Assembly: GCA_028023455.1 (NCBI GenBank)
Contig: JAQFVV010000006.1
Coordinates: forward strand, 18,724,001-18,788,000
Direction: 5' to 3'
Source: Epiperipatus broadwayi
Lineage: Eukaryota > Animalia > Onychophora
DNA: 64,000 nt
Shown: positions 1 through 14,301 of the stretch, piece by piece
How the letters are laid out: every line of letters starts with the position of its first letter
Numbering within the stretch: the first letter of the stretch is position 1
Made by a program: the position numbers and the translations under genes
Notes under the pieces: model-generated
Told to the model about the DNA's origin: nothing
Databases searched by the model: none
What the model saw: only the letters and a program-made list of their open reading frames with translations

Positions 1-3000
1 GCTTTAAATACAATGTAAACCGTTCAGGGTACAAAGAACACTTCATGTTTAAATAAAATATTTTTTAAAAAAAATAGAAGGATTTGAACTCAGATTTTTA
101 ATTACATTAAGTTTAGTATAGGCAGTATACTTGTATTTAAATATTACAAATAGGTAAAACAGACGTTTAACTCTTTAATTCTAATATATAGCAGCATACA
201 CTTAGTTATTGAGTTATTAGTGATAATCAAACTTGAGTACTCTATACCAGTTGTGTGCATCTTTATTTTAGGTGACTTATTATATATTGTTACCACATAC
301 AAATATATATCTTTATATTATATTTCAGCACATATGATTTGATATAAGATCTTTGAAAAAACTGCATATTTAAAAATGTATAATAATACTTGATTCTTCT
401 TAGTAAATCTATTGGTTTACAGCAATTACAATTTTTTTAGCCTGTTTTAGAAAATGTGTACATTCAAGAATATAATGCCACATATGAACGTTAGGAGGAT
501 ACTAGCATGAATTAAACTCTGAGAGGTAACAAGAGAAATGAGAACAATATAAGCAAAGTGCTATTTATACAAAGCAGATTGGAATATTAAGAAGGAAGTG
601 TTTAAACAAAAGTGGTCAGACACACAAGAATGAATAGAGCAGTTTAATAGTGTTTTTGTTTTTTTAATCAATAATTTATTGTCCAACATGTATACGTCCC
701 CCAACATTTTTTCTGCTTCCTATTGAGGGGTCATGACTCGAAGATTGCGAGCGCAGCTCTATACTATTCAAAATTTTTTATTCGAAAGTATTTTCAGAGT
801 ACTGATTATATATCTCGATATATTGTCTAAATTTGAAGTTGGGTGACAAATTGCATCTAGATATTATTAGAGAATAGAGGTTTGAATTGGTCAGATAATT
901 AAAAATATAATTGAAATATAAACGCAGATTTTAACGTTGATGGGTGAGGGCAAATTTTTTAAAGAAATGAGCTTTAATTTAACTTTGTTTTAAAGAAATT
1001 TTAGAATAAATTTAGTTTCAGCTAAATTCAATGCCATTCCATTAAAATTTTAAAATAAAAGTTTAATCATTAGGAAAAATATGATTGCAGTTTTTCGGTA
1101 ATGTTCATTTGTATTGCGATAAATTTAATTATATGATTCTGCTTATCCCTTCAAATCGTTTCAAAAAACAAGTTTTTAAAATTCATTTTGAATAATTTAT
1201 AAAACTAAATAAATATCCAAAAATGAATTTTCCTTTTGTATGTGTGTTTCTTTTAAGGCAAAACTGTTTTAATTTGTTATTGAATTTTTTTGTATGTAAT
1301 TTTAAAACATAAATGTTTACGCATTATCTTTTAGAAAATAGTATTTTCATCTGTTCATTTTTTGAAAATAGTAGTCCAATTAGCAACAATAAATCATTTG
1401 TTGATATTCACATGGGTAAACAAAGTAAAAGATGCATGCTTGTGACTTTGTTGTATATCTGTCAGTTAAAAGTGTTGATTCATGTTTAATTTTATAAAAT
1501 GAAGTAATTGAAGAGTGAATAATGTTGGCTAGGTAGTCTCTGCTTAGTAAACATGAAAAAAAAAACCTCTATTTAGTTTATTGTGCATCTCAGTAGAGGG
1601 CACTTTCTGGAATTACTCCCAAAACAAAAAGGAATTAAAAAACTATTTTTTTTTTTTTTTTTAGAAATTTGCCTTGGGTTAAAAGTGTATTCATGCATAT
1701 ATGCTTATTAAATTGTTAAAACATTTCTCCTTCTTATATTTTTATTGTTGTTGTTATCGAACGAAATACTAATGCATAATTTTAAGTGACAATTTGCCCT
1801 CAAATCTTTTTGTTTGCCCATTCATCTTTAATATAAGATCATTTGGTTTAGATTTGCGAAATATATATAAGATTTATTAGGATAATTGATTTTAAATTAT
1901 TGTTTTTCGACTTCCTCTTCCCTCCCTTGATATTTAAATAGTAGACTTTTGACATTTTAACGCGGGAAAAGATTTTTTAAAATGAATAACTTGTAGATGC
2001 CTCTTTTAGAATAAAATTAAATTCAAATATAAAAAATTATTTTCCCATATGCCTTTAGAATTAGAATTGTAATAATGAGATAATCCGAGGGGGGTGAGTG
2101 AAAAATTATAATATTATGCATAGTCGTGAGAATGATAGTATTAAGAGCTAATTCTTGAATCGATTCTTAGTTTAGAAAAGCCATATACATGTATACAATT
2201 TAGTCACTGAATGGAATTTGTGGTTAACCTTACTTACTTTGGGGCTCTAAAATCACTTGAGGTTCAAGCAACTGACCAAATGACCCCCCCCCCCATCAAA
2301 TGGCATCATTTTCAATCTTTATTGATTCACTCCTGGATGAAAATTTCTCTAAATTTTGTCCGTTTTTTTAATTCCTAGCCTCTATTATACACCAGCAAAC
2401 TTCTTTGTTTTACTCATCCATATCACATAATGGTCTCATTCTAGATCTTTAACAGCTTCTAAGAATTATTCATCACCAGGTGTCACCTCGTATTCCAATC
2501 CAACATAAAAAGTCCATGGGAGGTGTTCAAGGAACTCATGTCTAAGTTAAGAACTAGAGATCACTTAATGGCTCCACCTAAACTGTTCTCTGATACCTGG
2601 GAGCAGATGGCTCTAGACCAGATACCAAATATTACTATTAAAATTCTGTCCAAACTATAGAGATGGATGGTAAAGCTATATCAGGCTGTAGTAAGTGGGA
2701 TAACTGCGAATGGTGGCCTAAATGCACCATTGAGGTTGACAAAGTTGTGGGGATTAGTGGGTCCCTAAATTTGCAGATTCATGTCTGCAAGGGATGACAC
2801 AACACCCCTGCAATACAAAGAGTGATCTGATGCATCTGACAAACCTTGGTTTTAATCATCTAATAGCCAGGGTGTCATAAATAAAGCAGTTTAGCCACAC
2901 AGTAATTGATGATTGGGGATCCCATGGAATCTAGTTAACTGTACAGGGATAGACCAGCGCAGACAAAAGCACAGGACTGAATACGACCAGGTCCCTTGTG

Positions 3001-3099
3001 TGGGCAAAGCATGCAATGGGACACCTATGAATCCTTAATTTCAAGTAATTTATGTACCATAAGTCATATAGTTTTCAAAATAAATTTATTTCTTAATAA

Positions 3100-5750
3100 A
3101 AAATAAAGAATTATTCATCTATATTTCTTTTAGAAATATATCCAGTCCAATTCCATTTCAGTGATGCCTGTTTATTCTCTCATCTAATTATTTTGTTTTA
3201 GATGTATTCATATTTTTTCCAACATATATTGCTTTTCAAATATATAGGTATATTTCTTTTTAATATCAAATTATTTCTATCAAAAATTTTCTTCCTAAGT
3301 TTAAATCTATAATTAATTTCATCTATTAGGTTTCCATCTCTATTAATAAATTGAGAAAATATTTATGGTTGTTAATTTGTTATAATTCATGATCATCACT
3401 ATTATTATTATTATTATTTTGAGAAATCCCATTAAATATTACTTTAGTCTTTTTTAGCATTCATCTTGAATTCTACTTTCTTATTTTTATCTGATAACTC
3501 TTAAACATTTCTTGAAAATCTGAGGTATTCTTTGCAAAAACAACCACATCATCTGTAAAATTTAGATAACTTAAATAATCTTCATTTAGCTTTATTTCCT
3601 TCCCATTTTACTCCACAAAATACTTCTTGCAGAACTGTTGTAAAACATTTTGGAGCCATGATCTTCCTCTGTTGTACAGCCTTTTCAATGTTAATTTTCT
3701 TAATTTCACCACATACTCTAATCATTGCTGATGCATTTTGATAAATATTCATCAGAATGTGATTTTATTTTGGTTTATATCTTGATGATCCAAAAATGAA
3801 ATATTTATAAAGTCAAATCTATTTTCATAATCTACAAATTGAAACTATGGTAGCCATCGGTGTTTTTTATAACTTCTCTCATAAGATTGATGGGGTCTAC
3901 TGTATTAAAAGCACATCTAAATCCACCTTACTCTTTTAGTTACTAATTATTATTCTTGATAAAGATTTTGATCTGAAATTTCTAATATCTTTTTTAAATA
4001 TCAGAATTGCTTATTCAGATCATCTGCTATATCTTTGTCATTTAGAGAGCTCTGATAACATTTTTTGTACTTCATCTCCTTTTTTTAAATAACAATTACA
4101 TTATTTCTTTGAGCTTTTTTCATAGATTTATTGCATGACTCACCTTTTTATATGTAGGATACTTTGTTTTCTTGTTTTTTTATTACTATATAAATAGTTT
4201 TCTTCCACAAATTTCAAAATATTATCCCCGTTTTTAGTAAAAGTTTCATTTTTTTATTGCTATAACAAAGTTCCTTCCAATACCAAGATATTGTTTTTCA
4301 TTTTAAAGACTTCTATAGCTTTCTTTGCCAGTTTAATTTTTATATATATATTATTTTATAGAATTGCAGATATTTGGTACATTTTAATGGATTATTTTAA
4401 AATATTTTTGTGTGGCTTGTTTTCTTCAATGTTGTCTTGTCTCATTTGAAAATTTACTGTTGAATTGCTTTTTTATAACAGCTATCTTTGTTGCAGATCG
4501 TAAAGTATTAGCTGTATTCATATTAATCTCAGCTAAGTTTGAACAATCTTCAAAGTTTATTAATATTTTAAAATTATTTAATATAGAGAGTATATGAGCA
4601 CAGATTTTCACATGACCCACCACTCTCCACTCTGTCTCATAACACTGATACACTTGAACACATACATGTCGAAAATATAAATAATCACCAATATACGTAT
4701 TTCATGCTAAACCAGCAATCATCAGTTGGTCCAAATTATCATCTCTACACATATTTGCAATAAGTGCTCAGATATATATTAAGATAGCCAATCTTCATAC
4801 TTTAACGGACAGGCTTCAATCCACTTCAACCGTCCATCCAATTGAAAATCTGATGATGGAACGCTCAAAGGCCACCCTGAGGCCAAGATTCTTGTCACAC
4901 CCATGTTGACCTAATGTCAATCTGACCCCTCATGTACAGGATATAATCCATTTAATGCATATATGAGGGATTTGTAAATTCTAATTTAAATTCATTGAAT
5001 GTTTCTGAAAGTTATAATTTTAATCTTTAATTTAGCATATCTTATTTTTCACTAATCATTTCCTATATTGAATTTATTGCATCCTTGAAGTACTTAATTT
5101 CTAACTCTGCTGAACTTTTATTTGGATGCTTTGATATCCATTTCTCTTTCATATTTTGACAGAATTCATAATATATGGTTTGTCTGTTTTCTCTCTCATG
5201 TCTATCTATGTAACCAAATTTATCTTTAGCACTTTCATTTGTTTATCAATTCTAACATTAAAATTTCCCATGGCAATTTTAAAATGTTATTTGATCTGAT
5301 CAGAAGCGTGTAAAATTCCTCCACTTCTTCATCACAATGAGAACTTAGTGAAGCATAAGTGTGAATTATTTGTGTGTGATACTTCCATTAACTTAACTAA
5401 TCTTACCACTATTATCAATTTCCACAATGTTGTTTTTTTACTTTATATATATGTAATGCAATCCACTCCACTTGTCTTTGCAGTAAAGTATATGTCACTT
5501 TTCAGATCAATTGTTTTACAGCATTTCTTTGAACTTCACAAAATGTTATATAGTTCTTCTTCTAATTCATGCAATCTTACTTCATTTGGAAGTGATCTGC
5601 AAATATAGGTACACAAATAAATCATCATTTTTGTATTGCAGTTTGGGTCTGCAATCAGAGTGTTTTTAGCACCCTATTCTTCCCCATTAATCACAATACC
5701 TGTTGTCTTTATATTATTTTTTTATCTACAGTAATCTTTATTTTTATATT
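3100..5750 (-). mobile_element. Decayed RTE-clade LINE (APE endonuclease + RT remnants)
   Basis: Minus-strand translations: TYICRSLPNEVRLHELEEEL (~5600, resembles the RTE endonuclease N-terminus) and DYLSYLNFTDDVVVFAKN (~3560, RT FADD-like motif). Many stops and frameshifts; boundaries approximate. Confidence 0.72.
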
Positions 5751-6649
5751 TTAAGAATTTTTTTTTTTTTTGGATGAATCTTTACTATATTTTATATGTT
5801 GTTATTTGAAGTGCTTTTATATTTTTTACCCAGTTGATGGTAGGTGCAATTCAGCAAAAATATCAAATAATATTGTTGCTTATACCTGAATTAACCTTAA
5901 TGTATCTTTTATATCTGTTGCCTATAAAAAAATCTTCATTTTAATATATAAATATATTATTTAAGTTAATGGTTTGGATTGAAACTTTCAAGTCATTATC
6001 TTAAATAATATTTAGGGTGGTAAATACCTTTTAGATTTGAGCACAAGTTAACATGCTTATCAAACTGTCAGAAATTATATAGTTTGGTGGCCTCTATTAT
6101 ATTGTAATTATTTGGCACTTTTGACTGTTTAATAAAAGACTATGGTACGTACCAAAACAACAGACTATCTGGTATTTTTTAATGACTCATGTGTATACAT
6201 TAAATGATCAAATTTCAATGATAAAATGTGTCCATATTATTGCTTTTATATATAAAATTTAAAATAATCAATTTAAAACAAAATTGAAACAGACAACTCA
6301 CTACACACTATATAAATGTTTTAGTATAGAATGATGTAGAATATATCATTTTTGCTAATATAATCCTATCTTTGCCCTATATAATCTCTGGTGAATATAT
6401 TTATTAGAGAAGTATTTGCATATGGTATGATTCTGGTAGTAGAAATATATTTTTTATTTTGTGTTTTGTTATAGTAGGATTGGAAATAGTATTAAAAATG
6501 GATGTGCACATTCTGGTATTGATATGGATTCAGATAATAGTGAGATAATTATTTTAAAAAATCATGATTGCTGAATCAAAAAATAAAACAAAATGAATTA
6601 TTGATAAAATTAAAGAAATTATTCAGAAAAAGTTTTAGATTTGTTGAAT

Positions 6650-8900
6650 AAGAAAATAAACTCATAATAGTAGTAGGCTAATAAAGGAAGTTTAAATAAA
6701 ATATGAGAATTATTGAAGACTAGATTTAAAAGTTACTGCATTAAAGATGTTAAGTTATGGAAAAGGTAAGAGAATAGAAACAAACATTTTGGATTAGTAA
6801 TGAGATGTTGAATTAAATAAAAGAATGAGGATAATAGGAAAATATTAATTCTTTAGAAAGTAGAATTATATGTAGGAACTTTAACAATGGACTAAGATTG
6901 ATAAAATTAGATTTAGAGAACTGTTAGAAGGGAAATGTAAGGAGATAGAAGAATTAAAAATAAAAAGTAGATTTGAATAAAAAGAAATTGTTTACAAAAA
7001 ACAAATTTATTGAATTGAAGATAGAAATGTTATAATTTATTAATAAAGCTAATAGATACATATAAACATGGAATGGTGTTAATTGAAAAAGAAACTGCAG
7101 AGAAAAGTATTAAATAGTTGGAGTAGTAATAGAAAAAATAGTAATAAAAGCTTTTAGTGAAATAAAAAATGGTGAAATACAAGGAACTGATGAGATTTCT
7201 GCTAAATAATTATTAAAACTTCAATGAAAAAGTTTTAAAAAATTAATTGATATTTCTAAAGTAGTTCTATAATTCGGTTGAAGGGACATTTGATTTCCAC
7301 TCAACAATTTTGATTCTGATGGAGAAAAGATCTAATGCAATATAATGTAAAAATTTTAGGTTTATTAGCATAATTTCATATATAATACAGTTAATCTGAG
7401 GTTCTTCTATAGTTGGATTAGCAATAGATTGGATGTGCTTATATATGATGAGTAATTTCAATTTAAAAATGGAAAATATGTAATTGAAATGTTGAGAACT
7501 ATTCTTGAGAAATATATATAAAATAGGAAATCATATAATATTAAACACTAGTTTTAAAAAAAATATATTAAAATTCTCTTACGATCATGATTTTATCTAT
7601 GTGAAAATCAACTAGGTACCAAACACATGCACATAAAGCAGAAGTAGCCTTCCCAGAAGTCATTTCAAAAAACACCCATCTTTAATATCAGTGAATGTTT
7701 GGTATGAAATTGATGGCCTCAGGTCCAAGATTTATCATCAGAGTTTCTGATAATTTATTTTTCCCATAAAAGATAACCTCTGCATTGTCAAATATTCAGT
7801 CCATGAATATACAAAGCTGAGTTGTAATAATATTTTTAACTCTACTCTTATGAACTTTAACTCTTTCATCAAGATTTAATTTTCTTTGATTTATATAAAT
7901 TTTATGACAATTGCAAGAAATCTTTTAAAGTTTAAACTATACCAGGAATATATTTATCAACAATAATCTGTTTGAACTATATAATAATGAATTTAAATCA
8001 AGGCCTTTTTTCTAAGCAACTTTCATATCATCCAATAAATAACTATTTTTATAAACCAATTTCTAAATTGAAGACTTAAATAGTAAAAAAATAAACTCTT
8101 TATTCCCACTAATATTTAAATTTTAATTAATATCAAGCTTATAGATATTTTTATTAAGCATAACCAATTCCATATAATCAGAAGTAAATTTAAATATTAT
8201 CATCTCTTTCAGAATTAAGCTTTTTATTCCTATTACAAGAACTTTTTTTATAATTAAAAGATTGATAACTGTCAATCATCATATTTCTTAATTTTTTATG
8301 ATAATAAAATGACTATGAAGTAAAGTATTATCAATACTTAAACCTAAAAATTTTAACTTAATAAAATCAAAAGCATTCAAACCAGTAAAAAATTCCTTCA
8401 ATTTATCTTTCTGAATAATAAGCAAATGGTCATCAACATATTCAAAAAATAATTTAAAAGAAACAGGAAAATGATTCCTAACACTATTCTCTAAGAAATC
8501 AAGATACATAGAGCACAGGGGAAGCTATTTGAATAATATTTTATTTGCTGCAACAATTGCAGTAATTCAGAAAACTCGTAGAAGATTTGGATATATAAAT
8601 AAAATTACAGCAATGAAAAGGGTTAAAAAGAACCATTTAAAAGGAAGTTGTAGAGCATAATACTTTTAAATATTGCATAACTGATGTTAGAAGTATAATG
8701 ATGATAAAGAAATTAGAATCAGTGTTAATAAATGAAACGTGAATATAAGTGGTGAGATAAAAACATTGAACAGAAAGTTAGGAAACAAGTTAATGATTTT
8801 AAATATGTGAATTCTCAATCCATTGTTTTTCAAGGATTGGAGAAAATAAATGATAGATGTACAAGAGTAATAAGAATGGAAGTCTATGACAAATTATAAG
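6650..8900 (+). mobile_element. Decayed RTE-type LINE, apparently split by the Penelope insertion at ~7620-8510
   Basis: AFSEIKNGEIQGTDEISAK (cf. KNGKAAGPDEI), CKNFRFISII (cf. NYRTISL), and after 8520 KQVNDFKYV (cf. EQVDEFKYLG). Heavily degraded. Confidence 0.5.
7620..8510 (-). mobile_element. Penelope-like retroelement remnant (RT + GIY-YIG endonuclease)
   Basis: ORF 8288-8509 contains FFEYVDDHLLII (PLE RT YVDD motif). Downstream on the minus strand: KISCNCHKIYINQRKLNLDERVKVHKS...IFDNAEVIF (GIY-YIG pattern). Confidence 0.8.
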
Positions 8901-10029
8901 AAATAATGATCATTCACTGAAATACTGCACATATAAAGTGCAACATTATTTTTTTGAAATACAACTCATATATTGTAATTCAAAACATCCCACAGTCATT
9001 TTCAGAATGCATAGGTAAATATAATATACATTTTTCATTAATTTCAATCTCTGTGTTCAAGTTGCAGTCTTTAGTGTCTATATGAATATATTGGACATAA
9101 ATAAAGGGGGGATGCCACCTTTATTGTTAAAAGGTGGTTGCCTTGACAACAGATTGATATTGGATTTATCTAAGTGTAGACTGGTTTTAATGATTACTTA
9201 TAAACCCATTTAGCCTTGAGCATTATTACACTTATTAAATAAGTAATACTTTGGGCGCAATTTGAAAATCATATTTGCACTTTGTAATGTTATAATTGGC
9301 TATTTATCAGTCTGCATTCAGAACATATTATATTTATCTGTTTAAGAAGGTTTATTTAAACTTCTTTGTATCAATAATTTCAATCTATGTGGTTAAGTTA
9401 CTATCTTTAGGGTCTATATAAATATATTAGATTATTCCACCTTTATTATTGTAATGAGGTTGCTTTGACAACAGTTTAAGATTGTCATTGATATTGGAAT
9501 TGTCTAAGTGTTAACTGGCTTCTAATGATTCCAGTATATTTATATAATTTTAAGATCATAGTAGTTATATGTTTAAAATGTCAGAATTAATAATTAATTG
9601 TAATAAATTTTTAAAGTTAAATTTTTTGATAAATCTTATCTAGCCTTAATTTATTATAAAAAATAACTTTTTTTGACTTTTATAAGTAAAATTTTAAAAA
9701 ATTATATTTATGTATATTGAATAAATTTTATGTTTATGTGTAATATTTTTAAAAGAATGGAAAAAAATTGTAAAGAAACAAAACAAAAATCTCTTTTTAA
9801 AGAATGAATAGTTTAATCATTTCTAATTTAAAATAAATAAATAGTTATCTCTGAATTATAAAAATTAAACAAAATGGAGAAGATAAGATTAAAAAAAAAA
9901 TTCATTAAGAAAAATGTTGAATCAGGGTCATGACTGGTCAGTGTGGAAAGGATAAATCCATAATATATATTTTTGTGGAATGATTTTGTAATCAAAGGGG
10001 ATGATGCATTGTACATTCTTGTTTATGGG

Positions 10030-10490
10030 AATATAATCATGGTAAATAAATTAGAATATTTGCAATAGATTGGCATATTATGATTATTTTATAGTTCATT
10101 GAAATTAGGTTTAGGAAAAAGATATTATTTTGTATTGAGTAAAGACTTGAATAATTAGAAAAAGAGATAAGAAAAAAGTCATATATTTTTATGATACAGA
10201 TTTAGATTAGAATGAAAGATAACTTGAACAATAAGATTTATAATAGAGAAATGTTTAAAAAATTTAGTGAAAATTATGAGAGAAATTAGAACCGGAATGA
10301 ACATGTTTTTTAAGGCAAGAGATTGTGAAAAATATGTTGTTTGTGAACTATTACATATCTATAGAAGTTAATTTTTGATCTTATGGAAGGAAGTATTTAG
10401 ATAGAAGAGCATGATACAAAATGGCTTTATGGTAATCATATTTGTGAGATCTGTCTTTTGGTAGATAACTAATGATGATGATAATAATAA
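10030..10490 (+). mobile_element. RTE LINE 3' fragment with (TGA/TAA)n tail
   Basis: RNRNEHVF (cf. RWxGHVxR); ends ...gataactaatgatgatgataataat. Confidence 0.45.
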
Positions 10491-10722
10491 AGTTAGTAAT
10501 TGAACCATATGCAAACACAATTGGCAATTCTCTTAAATGATTTATTACAATTCTTTAAATTTGTTTTAAAAAAAAATCAAATTATTTAAACAAATTTTGT
10601 ATGTGTAACTATGTTATAATTATTTATATTCAATATTGGAGATATTAGTATTAAAACTCATATTCTTTTTTTTTTTTTTTTTTGTACAATCAATACTTAT
10701 AATAATTAGTAAAGTACATATA

Positions 10723-11407
10723 ACAGGCAAAACTCTCTATACATATTGCCATTCATTTGCAGGCTAGAGTAATCAATGGATGCCAGAAGGCTTGTGCATA
10801 AAATCCCCATCTAGTGCATACTCATCCAATATTCCCAGACTAGTTTCTGACTTGTGGCCTCCGTCAGTGAGGAGCCTTGGATCTGAGAGCACTGCACCTA
10901 GATCTTAGAATCTAATGCAACCCTCCAGCAGTTACCTTTTATCTCTACTTAACTACAAAACTATGAGTCTTAATTTGAAAACACTGTAATATTTTCAATC
11001 CAAACTCATTAGCTTATATAGTCATATAGATCTGAATCCAGTTCAGTACCTATACATTTTGGTGACTTTGGTTCTTTAATAACCATAGCCACCACTATCC
11101 TGTTAAGTAGGATTGGTTTTAAGCCAATAAACATCACATGATCACCATTTCCTATGCTTGCTTATAACTGTTATTAAAACAGGCAGTGTTCTCAGATCCA
11201 AGACTCCTCATTGATGAAGGCCACAAGCCAGAAACTAGTGTGGGGATATTGGATGAGTAGGCACTAGATGATTTTATGCACAAGCCTTCTGGCATCCATT
11301 GATAACTCTGGCTTGCACTGAATGGCTATATGTATAGAGAGTTTTGCCTGTTTTAATAGCAGTTATAAGCAAGGATAGGAAATGGTGATCATGTGATGTT
11401 TATTGGC
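10723..11407. mobile_element. Hammerhead-containing repeat, copy A (one full antisense monomer plus an inverted sense segment)
   Basis: aacaggca recurs at 10722 and 11178 (period 456 nt). Hammerhead-like motifs at 10832-10874 (-) and 11204-11246 (+), both with core mutations. 13-bp TSD taaagtacatata / taaagtacttata. Confidence 0.85.
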
Positions 11408-11869
11408 TAAAGTACTTATACTTTAATTTAAAACCCTATCTGGTTGAATATAGTGTAGGGTGGCTGATTCAAGAGCTAAAGTTCTATTCATCATAACTCA
11501 CTTTTGTCATTTTCTGTGCATAATATCCTTCCGGATGACAATCCATTCAATTATTTTTATCAACTTATTAAAGGCTCTTCCCCCTTTTTTATGAGTGTTT
11601 ACCCACCTGTGAATAAAAGTATTCAAATTAAATATACATCTGTTTTATATATTAATTAAATAGAAATAGTAAATAAATATGTTTATATAGGTAAAAAAGT
11701 TTTTCTACTAGTCCACTATAGCTTAAATAAATAAATGTATACACACTCACTTTCCTGTTTATTAAACCCCCTCCCAACTCATTTATAAATTATTGACTAC
11801 CTCTGAATAAAATATTAAAGAATTATGAAGGAGACTGCATTATCCATAAGTTAGCTAAGGGTTAGAGGA

Positions 11870-12060
11870 TTTTTTTTTTTTTTTTAATGTTTTATATTCT
11901 AGCTGAAAAAAAGCTAGATAACCAATAATTAGATAGCTAATTGAGTTGACTATGATACCTACTTGAAAGAACTTTATTGAACCCATTTAGAATCTGGGAA
12001 GGAAAAAATCAAATTTTTACTAGCCTGAATTCGAACCTCGGGTCGTGATCATGGTAACAA
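11870..12060 (-). mobile_element. tRNA-derived SINE-like fragment
   Basis: B-box GGTTCGAATTC on the minus strand (12027-12037); T-run at ~11871-11884 as the A tail. Confidence 0.4.
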
Positions 12061-12994
12061 ATATTATTACTTTTATTGATATACATTAATAAAATATCAA
12101 AGGGTCCATAATTGTTTGTAGAGAAGAACATGAAACCAAACATTAAATAATTTTGGTCGGTTTTAAATAAATGATTAATTGCAGCATTCTCCTTTTATGT
12201 TACAAATTCTGACTTATCCTATTTGTATTCTGGAAATTCAAGTTGCAGGAAGTCGTGCACAAAGAAAATATATATTTTACAAAAAAAAAAAAAAAATAGA
12301 CGACTATAATATTTCTGATTTCTGAACCGTAATTACAGTTGGAGATTTGAAAACAACTGTTTATAAGTTGCCCAGGCCAGTTTTTTTTTTTTTTAACTTT
12401 GTATATATTTTTTAAGTATGTTATAAGGTTTAAAAAAATAATGCATACCCATTGCTTTTGGTGGTTAATTATTTTGCTTTCCTTTACTTCCTTAGGGAAG
12501 GTTAAGAAATTTTACAAATTAAATTCAGCAGACCAAGTCAGTAAAAACTGGGGGAATTCATGAAGAAGCAGACTGACCAATGACCTATCGGGATTCATTT
12601 ATACAAATAATTAATTCGTTATATGTTGGTCTATTATAAGGGTTATATTATTGCGCTATGTGGTTTAGCATAGTGATAAAATAGCGACTGAGGAGTTAAA
12701 AGTGCCTGAATTCATTTGCGGCTGAGTTAAGTAATAATAATAACTTATTAGCGGGTCATTTGAAACTATTGTGCTCTGAATGCGTGCTCGAACGTTACGT
12801 AACTTCTCCCAGGATAATAATATTATGATTTATTATTTTACGTTTTTATTACTAGTGGTTTGTGGTGTGTGTGTGTGTGTAAGCTTTGCTATAGTTTTGA
12901 CTTTTGTTTTTTTAATTATAATATTTTCATATGTAGTATAAAATTTGGAGTAATAATGGAAGTTGAAAGAATGATTTTGTTATTATTAATATAG

Positions 12995-13114
12995 TTATCC
13001 GATTTATCTGCTGATTACGTGGAGGAGCGATCGACCTCGACCAATGCAGCAGAATTGCTAGATGCAGAAACAGCAGAACGAATGAAACTTGAAAAGACCT
13101 TGGAAGAGTTACAG
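12995..13114 (+). CDS. MYO18A: Myosin-XVIII coiled-coil exon ([40 protein letters not shown])
   Basis: atag| acceptor, 120 nt phase 0-0, |gtag donor. Peptide matches the myosin-18 tail segment as I recall it (human ...[34 protein letters not shown]). Confidence 0.93.
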
Positions 13115-14301
13115 GTAGAATTTAAATTTTATTTTATGATAAGCCAACAATACATGTACATTTTCTCCATTCAAACATTTTTGAGATAGAGCAGCACGAT
13201 AAATTTTTTAATTGCAGGAAGTCGCAGATGTTTATTTTATAAATTGTGCTTTTACTAATTAAGAAGAAATTATTTGAATTGGACTAAACAAAGTGCTTTT
13301 TTTTTTTACTTCTGATTATTTGTAGCTTTTATGTGTATGCATAGGAATTTTAAAACTTTTTTATAAGTATCATTCAATTATTTTCAGTTTGTTAAATTAC
13401 ATTTGGAACAATCTAGATAGGCTTTAATTCTAAAATGTCTTCTTTGTGTATTTTAACACTAACTACAGGTTCCAGGTTCTTTAAGAAAAGTTTAAAAAAA
13501 AAGTTTTATGACTTGAATGGAGCTGGGGTTCAACCTGATGCTGAACAACTAACTATATGATTACTAATTATAATTTTAGAATTGCCTTAGTAATAAATTG
13601 CAGATTTGAGAAGATGGTTTGCAACTTGACTTAATCACTTCAGTTGTTTAAATATCATAGGATTTCCAGAATGACCAACTACTTAATTATTTTTAATTCT
13701 AGAATGCTTTTGATAATTGAAGAGGTGACTGATATTCAGGCAATATATCTACCTGGAGCATTTTTAGTCTAAACATGTAAATGGCAGATCCAAAAACTAT
13801 CAATTTCAGCAAAATGAAAAAAAAAAACCTCATGCTAGTCTACTGAATAGAACTGTTGAGGTCGGTCATTATGGTGCTCATTTAGCACATGATCTCCCTG
13901 GTGGTAAATATTTAGTCAGACTTCACTTGAAAGAAGATTTTCTCATAAGTTGACTTTACTAATAGATTTGTTATAATAAAAATTATTATAAATTATTGTT
14001 TAAAAAAATTGTCATATTATTTTAGAATTTTGAAATATATTTGTGAAGAAATGATTTGTTACTCAGGGAAAATGTGAGTTTTGAACCCTTGATGTCATAG
14101 AGCCAAGATGTTATTTATGAATTTGGCTCCCAAATCCATCCCTCTAAAATGATGCCATACGAGTTTGATAGGTTTTAATTATTTAATTTTAACCTAAAAT
14201 GTTTGTACCCATGACTTTCCTTGCATTATTAGATTAAAATAATGTAATGTTGTTGATAATTATTATACATGAGATATCAACAGCTGGTAAAAATAACTAT
14301 T

